In this document: in pieces, positions 12,199-28,000 of the stretch
Position numbering within the stretch: the stretch's first letter is position 1
Layout of the letters: each line of letters begins with the position of its first letter
Origin: the human T2T-CHM13v2.0 reference genome, Homo sapiens
Direction: 5' to 3' (one strand)
DNA: 64,000 nt
Assembly (NCBI RefSeq): GCF_009914755.1
Contig: NC_060933.1
Translations under genes and position numbers: made by a program
The notes under the pieces: generated by a model
What the model saw: the letters and a program-made list of their open reading frames with translations, nothing else
Database searches by the model: none
Told to the model about the DNA's origin: nothing

Positions 12199-13704
12199 GT
12201 AATTATCCGGGTTTTTTCCCCTTTGTCCTCTCTCATCGCATGGGCTTTCTCGTGGCTAGCGCACATCAGGGTTCCCGCGGCCGGGCGGGCGTGGGCCTGC
12301 CCTGTGCCTGCCCCGCGCCTGCTCCATGCCTCTCGGCCGGGCACTGCTTCGCTTCTGCCTGGCGGGATCGCTGTCCTCGGCTCCCCCGTGTGTCTCGTGG
12401 CGCCTAGAGTTTGTGCGGTCTCGCCAGTTCACATCTAACGGGCTTATCCTTCCCCGGAACACCCGCAAATTGCCGATCATTAATTGGCTCCTTTTCCAAA
12501 ACCGTAGGAATGAGTATTTCCTTGAAGTCCTAAAGATGAGTGCCTCCCCACGAGGAGAGATGCCAGGACTGAGTGGGTATTAGTCTCCTTGGGCCACTCA
12601 CCTCTCTCTCTCTCTCATCTCTCTCTCTCGAAAAAATATTTTTTTTCTTTTCTGGCTGAACTTTTCATGTAGGAATAGCTCCATGTGTGTCAAATCTCAT
12701 CACTAATTTTTAATTGTCTGTGTCTGTGCTTTTTCATTGCTAGCCACTAAAGTCCACTACATTTTGGGACAGCTTGTTTGAAGAGATGGTCATTAGATTG
12801 TTTCTCTATGCAGAAAATTTTTGGATTGGCTTATTCAAAATTGCCAACGAGAAATTACATGTGTTGCCTGGAAAGGGTATGATTTAAAATTTTTAAAGTC
12901 TCATTTTAGTCCCTTAAAAAACACTTTGAATGAAGCAGCCGAGTGCTCTGGTGTGCTAATGGTCAGCAGAGCGGCTCCCAGCTCCCTCCTGCAGCAGGGC
13001 GTTTGGCCGCAGCCCATGGCAGGAGCTGGTGGGGCCGCGTCAGGCAGCCCCAGGCATGGGTACCCTTTATGAATACCTTCCTCGAATGCGAATGCGCTGG
13101 TCAGGACAATTTCTATGTCTGGAATTCCAAACAACCAGACCATTAAAATTCATGGGAATGCAAGTCAGGCAGCCCTGGCAGGCATTTTCCCGTGGGCCAG
13201 GGGGCTGCCTGCAGGCCAGCCCGCCGTGTGTGCTGAGCGCTCTGCACACGGTACTCCACCGCCCCGCGTCCTCATGTTACGGCTGAGGATGCACAGGCCA
13301 GAGAGAGCCCGAGGAACCTGACTCTAGGCACCATGACTCCGAAGCCCAGTGTGTCTGGCTGTGCCAGGAGTTTCCTGAGCTCTCTCACACGTGAGTCTGG
13401 GGATGGGCAGCGGTGGGCACAGAGTGGATGCTGAGCAGAGGCTGCCGGCTGCTGCAGAGTCCTGTCCCCTGGCCTGGCTTCTGAGGTGGGTGATGGCCAC
13501 CTGGCACAGCCCATGGAAATGCCCCACCATGTCTGACCCTGGGCAGCCAGGCCCCTTAATCCGACCGCCTCTTGAAGCAAGGTGCTGCCTGGCCCAAGTG
13601 AGACCATTGTCTCAGCTGTCACGTAAGAATGAATGCGGCCAGCCCACTGGGGGCCTGGGTGCGTGTGTGGCGTCACCAATCCTGGCCTGTGTGTGACTCC
13701 CCAG

Positions 13705-13961
13705 GGTCCTCCACCAGCAGCCTGGCCCCAGGCCCTGAGCCAGGCCCCCAGCCCGCCCTGCACGTCCAGGCGCAGGTGAACAACAGCAACAACAAGAAGG
13801 GTACCTTCACGGACGACCTGCACAAGCTGGTGGACGAGTGGACGAGCAAGACGGTGGGGGCCGCGCAGCTGAAGCCCACGCTCAACCAGCTGAAGCAGAC
13901 CCAGAAGCTGCAAGACATGGAGGCCCAGGCAGGCTGGGCTGCCCCTGGCGAGGCGCGGGCT
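13705..13961 (+). CDS. WNK2: WNK2 coding exon carrying the conserved [15 protein letters not shown] motif
   Basis: Acceptor tgactccccag| (AG 13703-13704), donor GCT|gtgagt (GT 13962). Encodes (R)[16 protein letters not shown]...[21 protein letters not shown]...GEARA. The motif is shared across WNK kinases. Phase 1 to 0. Confidence 0.96.
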
Positions 13962-14489
13962 GTGAGTGCGGGGCGGGTGGGGCGGGTGCTCCTGGGGTGG
14001 GGTAGCCTTGCCTCCAGCATTTGCTAGTGCCCTGTGTGGCAGAGGGGTGTCCAGTTAAGCTCTTCATTTTCATGATCCAAGTTCATTCTCCCCACAGCCC
14101 CAAGAACTAGGCTTGTCCACTTTACAGATTGGGAGGTGAGCGACGCACCCACAGCTCCGCAGCTGGCAGGTGGAAAGGACAGGCCAGGCCAGGCCAGGCC
14201 AGGGCTGTGACTCCACAGCTCAGATACAGCAGCAGCCCCAGCCTGGGCAGCCCAAGCCCCGCACTCAGAGCAGGTAGCCCTGGTCTTGGCAGACAGGCCC
14301 ACCTCTGCCTGAGTTCTGTTTGTGCCCAGGCTGGAGACCAGGGCAGGTGTGCATGTCACCCAAGTGACACCAGCGTCTGGCCATAGCTCACACGCACCTG
14401 AGCCAATGTGGGGCGGAAGTGAGGACCTGCTGTCCTAGGTTTTCACACCTAACTTGTTTGATGTCAGCGCGAGTTGGAGAAGCATCTGC

Positions 14490-15360
14490 TGTTTTTCAGC
14501 TTTCTGGAGGGGTTTGTGGAAGACTGGTGTTATTTCTATCTCAAATATTTAGTAAAGGTCATTTGTGAATCCATCTGGGCTGGAGTTTTGTTTTTGTATT
14601 TTTTAGCGTGGGATACTTTCCTCTATGATCTTTAACCTTAAAATTTATTTTTCAAACAGAAGAGTGAACATCCATAGGACCCACTACGTACACTCTAATT
14701 GATATTTTTGCTGTATTTATCACACACCTGTTCATTCCTTGAGGGTACAGTTGTTACTATGGATTCAATTTCTTCTACACTTTTAACACCATTTGGATTT
14801 TCTGTTTTGTTTTGTTAAATCCTGCCTTTCTGACAATTGGTATCTCTCCTCTAAATTTATCTAAAATTTTAAATTAATTGCCATAAAAGTATCCATAATA
14901 GCTATTATTTTTTCCATTTGCAGGATTTACAGTGATGTCCTGATTTCATTCCTGATGTTGGTGATTTCTGCCTCCTCTCTCTCTGCCTCTCCTTCGCTCT
15001 TTCTCTCTCTTTATGCAATCTCCTTAGGGGTGTACATTTTATTAGCCTATTCAAAGAACACATTTTGTGTTTGATAGTCTTTATTGTATGTTTCATTAAT
15101 TTATTTTCTTATTTCTTGCCTTCTATCTTTGGGTGAATTTTGTTGTTCTGGAAAGTTTCTTATGATATGTTCACTGATTTCTAGCCTTTCTGTTGTGATG
15201 TAGGCATTCAAGGCTATAAAGTGCCCACTAATGGTTTTAGCTGCATCCCAAAAGTATGTGCAGCATTTTCATTAACCTTTGTTTGAAAATATTTTATAAT
15301 TTCTGTTGCTATTTGAAGTAAGTGTGGTTGTTAGTTTTCAGATGACCTTTTGTCAGTGTG
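14490..15360 (-). mobile_element. Old L1 (L1M-type) ORF2 fragment
   Basis: T-rich + strand. The minus-strand translation near 14905-15096 resembles L1 ORF2 (KPLARLIKKKRE region), and atccatctgggc matches the PGPDGFT region. Boundaries approximate. Confidence 0.65.
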
Positions 15361-15809
15361 TTTTCGTGTGGCTGCACTGTGGTAGGAGAGCAGACTTAGT
15401 GCTTGCGGTTTGTGGAGATCTTCCAGGACTGGCTCTTGACCCGGCTGTCAGTCTTTGTTGCTGTTCCAATGATGCTGGAGCTGAATCTGTTCCCTTCTCT
15501 CCACATCCACACTCCCAAGCTCCGCCACTGTGACTTCTGTTCTGAACGACTGCAGGGTCCTCTTGACAGGTACACCTCCGCCAGTCTGAGTCCTCAAATT
15601 TATTCTCAGTGGAACCCCATTATTCTAGGACAAAGTCAGGACTCCTGAACATGGTCCCACAGCTCTGCGAGGCTGCACCCGGAGCCTGGGCAGGCTCATC
15701 TCTGCTGCCTGGGCTCCAGCTATATCAGCATTCAGGATTAGCAGTGCTAACTGTTGTTCAGATGTTCTGGATTCTTTTAAGTGTTAAGGGTTTTTTTAAA
15801 CTTTTATTT

Positions 15810-18190
<2,381 letters not shown>

Positions 18191-19175
18191 GCCTTCATCT
18201 CTGGGCTCTCCTCTCCTGTGACTCCCGTAATGTTTTACTCATCCACTTCATGGTGGACCACCCTCTGGCTCTGTCCACTCTGCCACTTTTTTCCTCTGCT
18301 CCTCACAGGATCATTTCCATTGTAAGTGTCTCCAGCTTGCTGATTCTTTATTCTGCCTGCTCAGATCTGCCGGTGAACCCCTCTAGTGAATTTGTAAGTG
18401 TCAGTTATTATTTTCAGCTCTTCTAGTTCCATTTGATCACCTTCATAATTCCTATCTGTTGATATCCTCATTGTGTTCCTCTGTGATTTTCCTGACTTCC
18501 TGTAGTTCTGTGTCCATGGCTTCCTTCAGTTCTTCGAGCACATTTAAGACAGTCGGTTTAAAGCCTTTGTTTACTAAGTCCAATGTCTAGGCTTCCTTGG
18601 GCATGTTTTTGTCAGTTAAATATTTTCCTTTGAATGAGTCATACCTTCCTGTTTTATTTGCTTTAGATTTTAGGTCACTAAATTTTTCTTTGTGTCTAAA
18701 CTGCTGTTAAACCTATCCATTCAGTTTTTAATTTGGGTTATTGTGTTTTTCAGTTGAATTTTTTTTTAACCGTATCTCCTGTATCTTTAAAAAAAAAAAA
18801 AAGTTTCTGACTCTTTACCAAAATTCTCTATCTTGTATCTCCTTCACATAATATTTTTTAGTTTTTGTTTGCTCTTTGTCCTAGTTTTTCTTTATATTGC
18901 CTTGTCTTTTCTTGTGACTTTTTAAATATTCTGTGTAGGACATTGTAGTTGAAATTGTATTTGCAAAAAGAATTTGAGGTCTAGTAATAGGTTTCTCATT
19001 ATTGTTTAATTTGCCTTAGAGCAAATTAAACAATTTTCATATTCTTATATTTTCATATTCTTATCAGCCGTCTTTTAAAAAGTGCCTGGTCAAGGATAGT
19101 GACCATTTAAAAGTTGATTTGTTTAACTTTTTATTATTGATTTGTGGGAGTTCATCATATATCTTTTGTCATATA

Positions 19176-21174
<1,999 letters not shown>

Positions 21175-21206
<32 letters not shown>
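21175..21206. repeat. (TG)16 microsatellite at the HSMAR2 terminus
   Basis: Direct reading; followed by TATATA. Confidence 0.95.
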
Positions 21207-21209
<3 letters not shown>

Positions 21210-21212
<3 letters not shown>

Positions 21213-22110
21213 ATGGATATAGTCTACCAATCTGTGGTTTGTGTTTTCACTTTCTTAATGGTGAACATGAAATGGTAAAAATTTTAATTTTTTTTTTCCT
21301 AAAAGCTTTGCAGCTTTAGCTATTGCTTTAGATCCCATGAGCCATCTCAAATGAACTCTTGAGTATATTTTGATGCAGAGGTAAATCTGTTTTTTTCCTC
21401 TCTGCATATCTGATCGTTCCAGCCCCTTCCTCTCCATATTGAATTGCACTGAATTGAGCAGACATTCGTCAAGTGGTCGTCTGTGTGTAGGTCCATTTCT
21501 GAATTTGCTATTTTGTTTGCTTTAGCAATTCCCTTATCATTGTGGCAACACCACACTCTCTTCATGACTGAAGTTTTCTAGGAAGTTTAATCTTTGCTCA
21601 GGAAAGACTTTCAGTGTTGATCTTCTTCAAGAAGTTCTTGATTTTTTTCAGGTCGTTAATATTTCCATATGTTTTAGGAACAGCCTGTCACTTTCTGCAG
21701 GCTAGCCCACTGGGATTTCGGCTGGGAGTGGATTCAGTCTGTTGATTATCTGGGTGAGGTTTGACATATGAACAACATGAGCGTTCCTGTGAATGTAGTG
21801 TCCGTTTACTGGCATCTTTTTTGTTTCTCTGCAGTGTAAAGATGTTATACCTCTTTCATTAAATTTATCCCTAGGTAGCTGATGTTTTGGAATGCTATTA
21901 TAAATGTTATTTTTCTTTAAATCTCCTTTTCCAGCTTCCTGTTGCTAGAATATAAAACTATGGTTGACTTGCGTACCCCATATCCTGCAATTGTGCTAAA
22001 TTTGCTATTAGTTCTAGAAATTGGTTTGTCCATTCTTGTGGGTTTTCTGCATACACAGTCTTGTCATCTGCATGAGGCCAGTTCTCCTTCTCTCTGTCCA
22101 GTCTGTGCGG
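21210..22110 (-). mobile_element. Old L1 ORF2 (reverse transcriptase) fragment
   Basis: Minus ORF 21958-22191 has HADDKTVYAENPQEWTNQFLELI, like L1 RT FADDMIVYLENP...LLELI. Confidence 0.75.
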
Positions 22111-22902
22111 TTGACTCCTTTTCCTCCCCGCCTGGAGATCCCCGTGGTGTCGACTGGAAGCATGGAGGCACCTTGGGGAGGTATTGGGCATTTTGTCGTG
22201 GGCAGGGGCTCAGCTGTCGGTTCCATAGAGGACCTTCCAGATAAGGAGGCCCCTCCAGCCCCTGACTGCCGAGCTTGATTTCCAGGAAGGGTTGTGGAAG
22301 TCACCGAGTGCCCTCCATGCACCTGTGAAGAGTGCCCAGTGGGGCCCTCCCTGGAGTGGAGAGGAGTGACTCCCCGTGGCCAGCAGCCTTGCCTTCCTGG
22401 GGCACACCCCGCATACAGCTTCTCCCCGGGCTGGGACAGTGGAAGGGCTGCCTTGCCATCACCTCCCTGCACACTTGCTTTGCCCAGGTCCTGGGGCTCT
22501 GCTCCTGCCAGCTCCTGGGTGGTTCATGCTCCTGTGAGGGCACTGACCAGCCAAGCAGGAGGCCTTTGTGGTGGCTGAGTAGAGGCATGTGGGGTCACTC
22601 ATGCGCCCTCGGGGTCCAGGCCCCACTAGTCCTCCTCCAAGTCCCATTTTGGCTGGTGGACACCCAGGTGTGTGGCCTAGAGGCTATCAGGCTGCAGCTT
22701 GGGGAAGCAAACAAGGGAGGGTGATGGTTCCTGGCCCCACACCATCATTCTGGTGTCAGCCCTGAGAGGGTGCCTGTCACAGCAGGTTCCAGGACTGCTG
22801 CCTCCTGAGGATGGAGAAACTGTGGCACCCTGGGGGCCACTAAGGGAGGCCAGCTGATTGCAGCCACGTGTACCTTCCTCTTCTCGTCTCTGTGTTTTGT
22901 AG

Positions 22903-23014
22903 ATGACCGCACCTCGAGCAGGAGTGGGGATGCCACGTCTGCCCCCAGCGCCCGGCCCTCTGTCCACCACGGTCATTCCCGGAGCCGCCCCGACCCTGTC
23001 CGTGCCCACACCAG
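22903..23014 (+). CDS. WNK2: WNK2 penultimate coding exon
   Basis: Acceptor tctctgtgttttgtag| (AG 22901-22902), donor CCAG|gtactg (GT 23015). Encodes MTAPRAGVGMPRLPPAPGPLSTTVIPGAAPTLSVPTP. Phase 0 to 1. Confidence 0.93.
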
Positions 23015-23232
23015 GTACTGCCCTCTCCAACCTCCCAACCCCACCCTGTGCGCTGCCTCTGGGTCAGTACAGAGGCCTGCTCCCAGCTCCAGTGTCCTGG
23101 GGGCCCTGGGCAGGCCAGGTGGGCCAGCTGGGGGCACAGGGCAGCTGGAACACCCCCCAGGTGCCCGTGCTGCCAGTCTTCTTGCAGCCACCTGTGGTCA
23201 GCATGCCTGGCCCCCGGCTGCGGATCACGTAG
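23015..23232 (+). CDS. WNK2: In-frame read-through of the 241-nt WNK2 intron (putative retained-intron C-terminus ...PGPRLRIT*)
   Basis: ORF 22903-23232 stays open through the donor and ends 23 nt before the next acceptor. Its terminal residues resemble the recalled WNK1 end PPGSNLRTT. Confidence 0.55.
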
Positions 23233-23255
23233 CCTTCTGCCCTGTCCCTTGCCAG

Positions 23256-23410
23256 ATGGCGCCCTCGGAACCGCCCGGAGAAACCAGGTGTGGTTTGGCC
23301 TCCGAGTCCCCCCCACCGCCTGCTGTGGGCACAGCACTCAGCCGCGAGGGGGACAGCGGGTGGGCAGCAAGACTGCTTCCTTTGCGGCTTCAGACCCTGT
23401 TCGCTCCTAG
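23256..23410 (+). CDS. WNK2: WNK2 proximal alternative last exon, coding part
   Basis: Acceptor cctgtcccttgccag| (AG 23254-23255). G|AT = Asp then GALGTARRNQVWFGLRV...AASDPVRS, stop TAG at 23408-23410. Matches the recalled WNK2 C-terminus. Confidence 0.88.
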
Positions 23411-23597
23411 GTTCCTGTGGTCCACGCGCCGTCTCCACACCCACTTCCTATACTTGAGTTGATGGTTAGAACCTTGTCGTCACCCTGCAGAAGTACAGTG
23501 CCTTGAATGCCAGCTTTTCCGTTCCCTGATGAAAAGATATGTTAAAAAAAATTATCGGAAAAGGTTTCATTTGCAATTGGCTTGTGCATTGATAATC

Positions 23598-23603
23598 TTT
23601 ATT
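23598..23603 (-). terminator. Polyadenylation signal for the antisense (C9orf129-like) transcript
   Basis: TTTATT on + is AATAAA on -, about 180 nt downstream of the antisense ORF stop at 23781. Confidence 0.65.
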
Positions 23604-23780
23604 TACTGTTTTAAGTTGCAGAGATGTGAATGGTTTACAAATCTGAAGCTGAAGTTCAATCTTTGGTTTTCTGTTGTAAATGCCTTTTACAAACATTGAA
23701 TTAGCTACCTTAAGTATTGAAGAGCTTCCATTGCTAGGTGAGCCCTGCTTTGTCCTCAGTAGAGTGCCGGTTCCCTGGGC

Positions 23781-23932
23781 TCATCCAGGGGCTGAGAGAT
23801 GGCGGGACGCTGGGGCAGGGCACACTGGCGGAGCTGCTTGCTCAGTAGGGAATGTCAGTTGTTGCGCTGGGCCATGAGAAATCCGCCAGAAAACGTTAGG
23901 TGAGCAGACATGCCCCCCATGCCAGTGGGCTG
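23781..23932 (-). CDS. C9orf129: Last coding exon of the antisense chimeric gene (within the WNK2 3' UTR)
   Basis: Minus-strand acceptor cttatcctcactcacag|. G|CA = Ala then AHWHGGHVCSPNVFWRISHG...HLSAPG, stop TGA at 23781. In phase with the 24484-24557 exon. Coding status is doubtful; I recall it is now classed as pseudogene FAM120A2P. Confidence 0.7.
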
Positions 23933-24483
23933 CTGTGAGTGAGGATAAGGTGTGTGTTGGGCATAGAAACCCTGGCTGCCCGCCCACCCTGTGGAGACAA
24001 GTGCAGCTCCTCCAGCTGGAGAGGCTGCCCTCTCTCCTGCCCACTTCCCTCCCTTCTCCATGATTTCCATGGAGACCTGTGGCTCTGCTCACCCCTGGCA
24101 TGCAGACCGCTCTCCCGTCCAGCCCTAAGCCTGCTCTGCGGAGGGCGGGGTCATTCTTCTCCTGGAGATTTCAGTGGGACTCGTCCCCAGTGGGCACAAC
24201 ACAGCCCTTGGTGGGAGGGGAAGGCCCCAGCCTCCTCCACCTCCCACTGGAAAGCAGACTGCTTGGGACTGCCCAGCTGTGAATTGTATAGTTTCTGTAC
24301 TTATTAGAACTGGGTAAATTATTTTGGTTCAAATCTATTATTCCATCAATTCAGTTAGAATTGAATTTTCTAGGTGATTATGCAGAATCTTCTGCCAGGG
24401 CACGATGCTGTCGTAAGAGATTTCTGTTCTCTGTACTGGGCCCCCTTGCCCTGTTCCTTGAGTGAAGTGGGGGCTGCCCTCAC

Positions 24484-24557
24484 CTGTCCCCCTTGCCTGT
24501 GAATCCCTTCCTTGTACATGGTGGTCAGTGGCACGGAATCCCCAATAGATTGTATAT
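24484..24557 (-). CDS. C9orf129: 74-nt internal exon of the antisense chimeric gene (within the WNK2 3' UTR)
   Basis: Minus-strand acceptor tttatttttctccttcag|, donor ACAG|gtgagg. AA|A = Lys then YTIYWGFRATDHHVQGRDSQARGT. Phase 2 to 1. Confidence 0.72.
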
Positions 24558-24569
24558 CTGAAGGAGAAA

Positions 24570-24575
24570 AATAAA
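24570..24575 (+). terminator. WNK2 proximal 3' UTR polyadenylation signal
   Basis: AATAAA with TGTA upstream at 24551, ~1.16 kb after the stop at 23410. Confidence 0.75.
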
Positions 24576-25749
24576 CACTTTTGCTCGAAAACAGTGTGAA
24601 ACAACATCTTTTTCTTACCCTCTATCCATATAAAATCCAAAGCAACCAGCCTCCTAGGGAGCACAGGAGTTGGGAGCCAGTTCTGGGCTCAGCTGCATCC
24701 ACACCTCTGGAGGAGGGTGCTGAGGGGCTGCGGGTGCTGGGCTGGGCTGTCCCCGGCAGGGGTCTGAGAGCAGGGCATCTGGCAGGGCTGCCTGGCCCCC
24801 AACACTGCCCCCGCCAGCTGTGGCCTGGGCCCCGAGCACGGTCAGCTCTGCTGGTCGGGTTAGCTGGCTGGGCTGCCCACCACTCTGCACCTGATTACAC
24901 TTAGCAGTGCCACGGGCTGTGACCATGATGGAGGGAGCCAGCCTCCTGGTCAGCGAGACACACCTGCAGCCCCTGTCTCCAGGAGGCTTGGTTTGCATTA
25001 CTTGCTGCAGCCCCTGGGGCCACCCTCTTTGCTCCAGATGGGCCGAGCTCAGGGGAAGTGGGAGCTCCTCAGATGAGCTTGGACTTGTTGAGAGGAGGAC
25101 TTGGGGCTGGGGTTGCCCATGGATCATGCAAGGGGCAGTGGCTTTTCTGGTAGGCACAGGGGCCTTAGGGAAGGTGGCCATCCAGGGTGGGGCCTCATCC
25201 TGTGGGACTCAGCGCATGGTGGCAGCCAGCCCCCCAGCATCCCACTAAAGACAGCCTCGAGCTGACTGCGGTCCCTCCTGCGTGTGCATTGCAGGCCTCA
25301 CTGTGAGCAAGCTGAGGGTCCCAGTGTCTCCTGCCCGGTCCACTGTGGGGGCTGCCTTGGCTGTGGGGCCACCTCCTCAGAGAGCTGCAGTGCCAGCCTT
25401 CGAGCTTCTGCATGGAGGGAGGAGGAACACTCATCCCAGAGCCTCCTGTTTTGGGTGTTGGAGGGCAGCTCACTCCCCAGATGCTCCAGACGGTACAGGA
25501 GCAGAGCGTCTGTTTGGGTTTCTGGCAGCCGTTCAGTGTGCTGACTGGTCACACAAAGAAGGGTGGTCCAGGTGACAGAGGCCGCCAGGGCTGTGCTGAG
25601 GACAAGACCATCTACACAGGGCGTGGGTCATGGCAGAGCTGGCGCAGCCTTCCCGTCGGCAGCTCCTGGGAGGGTGTCAGGGCCTGGCCCTTGGCGAGTG
25701 GCCAGCACTGCGGTGGGCCCACAGTCAGCTGCGCGGTTTTGTTTTCCAG

Positions 25750-25775
25750 ATCCTGAGAGTGAGAAGCCTGACTGA
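25750..25775 (+). CDS. WNK2: WNK2 distal alternative last exon, coding part (DPESEKPD*)
   Basis: Acceptor ggttttgttttccag| (AG 25748-25749). G|AT = Asp, PESEKPD, TGA. Phase-compatible with the 23014 donor; matches a recalled WNK2 isoform end. Confidence 0.88.
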
Positions 25776-25927
25776 CCCCGCCTAGACGCCAGGCCCACTT
25801 CACGCCGTCTAAGTGGAGAAGTGACGGACCCTCAGGGCCAGCTGCTCCTCCTTTCCAGTTCACGCTGTTTTGTAACCACTTTCTAAGCATTTTTTATTCA
25901 CAATTGGAAACACAAATGTAATGCAAG

Positions 25928-25933
25928 AATAAA
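25928..25933 (+). terminator. WNK2 distal polyadenylation signal
   Basis: aatgtaatgcaagAATAAA with TGTA upstream and a T/GT-rich stretch downstream. Confidence 0.8.
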
Positions 25934-27003
25934 AAATATTTTGGGGCAGAAAGGACTTTGGTTTTTCAAACTATTTCCTCTCTGGTGGCCCTCGGCCAGC
26001 CAGGTGACTGGGATGTGACGGGGGTGGGGGGACATTCCCAGGACCCTGGCATGCTCAGGATAGCCCTGTTCTCTGCAGGGCCCTGGAGGTGGCGGCCCCG
26101 GGGAGGCTGATCTCCAAGTCCCCCCGATGCCAGCTGGCACGGACTCGGGGTCCTGGGTGCCTCCTGGCCTTTGCTCACGGAGCTCCATGAGGCAGACCCT
26201 TCCCTCTGGTCTTTGGAGGCTTGAAGTCACCCACCACCCCCACACCCACCTCCCAGGCACCCTCCTTCCAGAATTCACCTGCACTGGCAGGGAAAACACC
26301 AGTGGCCTGGGGCCAGAAACCTCTGGCTGTGGGGTGGCAGGTCTGAGACCACTGGCTCCTTGGAGGGCTGCATACCCCCCACTCGTGGGAGGGGTCCTAA
26401 GTGTGAGAAACGAGGAATGTTGACATGGCCTCACCAAGGAAACGTGCCGTGGTAAGGTCCCCACACCCTAGCCTGGCCAGCAGGCACAGGAGCCTTATGC
26501 TGGGTCCAGAGGTCTAGGGAGAATTTGGGGTCCCATGCATCACAATGAAAAAGCATTGCATCTCTATTTTCATTAATGTCTAACTGCAATTTAGCATTTC
26601 CTCCACTAACAGCACCTGGACTTCATCACCACTAGACACCACAGATATTGCTGTGCCATGCCATTTACATCCATGACACAGTGCCCTTCCCTGAGATGTA
26701 AAACTGTCCAGCCGGCTGATGGAGCAGCGCTGCCTGCCTATCTCAAACATGAGTCTTCAGGGCACAGTGACGCTGCTTCCCCACGGGAGTGTCGGAGATG
26801 CCATCCCGCTGTGTGCGGGTGACCTCGGAGTCCTGGCTCTTCTCCGTGTGATCAGCAGGGTAGGCCTCCTCCAAGCCTCAGCTGGGAGCAGGGATGGCAC
26901 GGTGCTAGGAACATGGCTTCCCTTGGTCTTAGTTTGTGTTCTCTTCTGTTGGTGGCTCATGTGACTGGTTTTCTGTGGACCATAGTAATGCAGTTTGCCT
27001 TTT

Positions 27004-27318
<315 letters not shown>

Positions 27319-27686
27319 CAGTTTGCCTTTCAAACTGCACATTTATTTTAATCATTTTCTTTAAGTGAATAATAGTATAAATGTCAATGGTAAAATTTGG
27401 TGGTAGTATGGTAGTAAATAGTAGTACAATGGTCAATGAAATGGTAATGGTCAAGCCAGCACCCTCTGAGGAGATTCTGCACAGTGCACTTCCAGGACTC
27501 TGGGGCCCCGAATCCCAGCTTCATCTGCTGCTCAGAACCACCTAGCAGCCCTCCAGGGCCGCTAGGAAAAGGCCCCAAGCCTCAGCCGCAGAATCCAAGG
27601 CTCTTGGTGTTCAGCCTCACCCACTAGACGCGTCCGTGCTTCAGGCTTCACTGCTGCTGCACAGCGTGCCAGCTGGGCCCGGATAT

Positions 27687-28000
27687 TCTTTTTTTTCTTT
27701 TTCTTTTTTTTTTTTTTTTTGAGATGGAGTCTCACTCTGTCGCCCAGGCTGGAGTGCAGTGGCGCGATCTCGGCTCACTGCAAGCTCCGCCTCCCGGGTT
27801 CCCATCATTCTCCTGCCTCGGCCTTCTGAGTAGCTGGGACTACAGGCAGCCCTGCCACCAGGCTGGCTAATTTTTTGTATTTTTAGTAGAGACGGGGTTT
27901 CACCGTGTTAGCCAGGATGGTCTCCATCTCCTGACCTCGTGATCCACCTGTCTCGGCCTCCCAAAGTGCTGGGATTACAGGCATGAGTCACCGCGCCCAG
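27687..28000 (-). mobile_element. Alu element (AluY-like)
   Basis: Long poly-T; diagnostic ctgcaagctccgcctcccgggtt and caccgtgttagccaggatgg. Confidence 0.93.

Noticed and set aside
12199-12407. In-frame read-through after the 45-nt exon (SNYPGFFPF...RGA*)
   Set aside because: The open frame is explained by GC richness; no convincing AATAAA nearby and no homology recognised.
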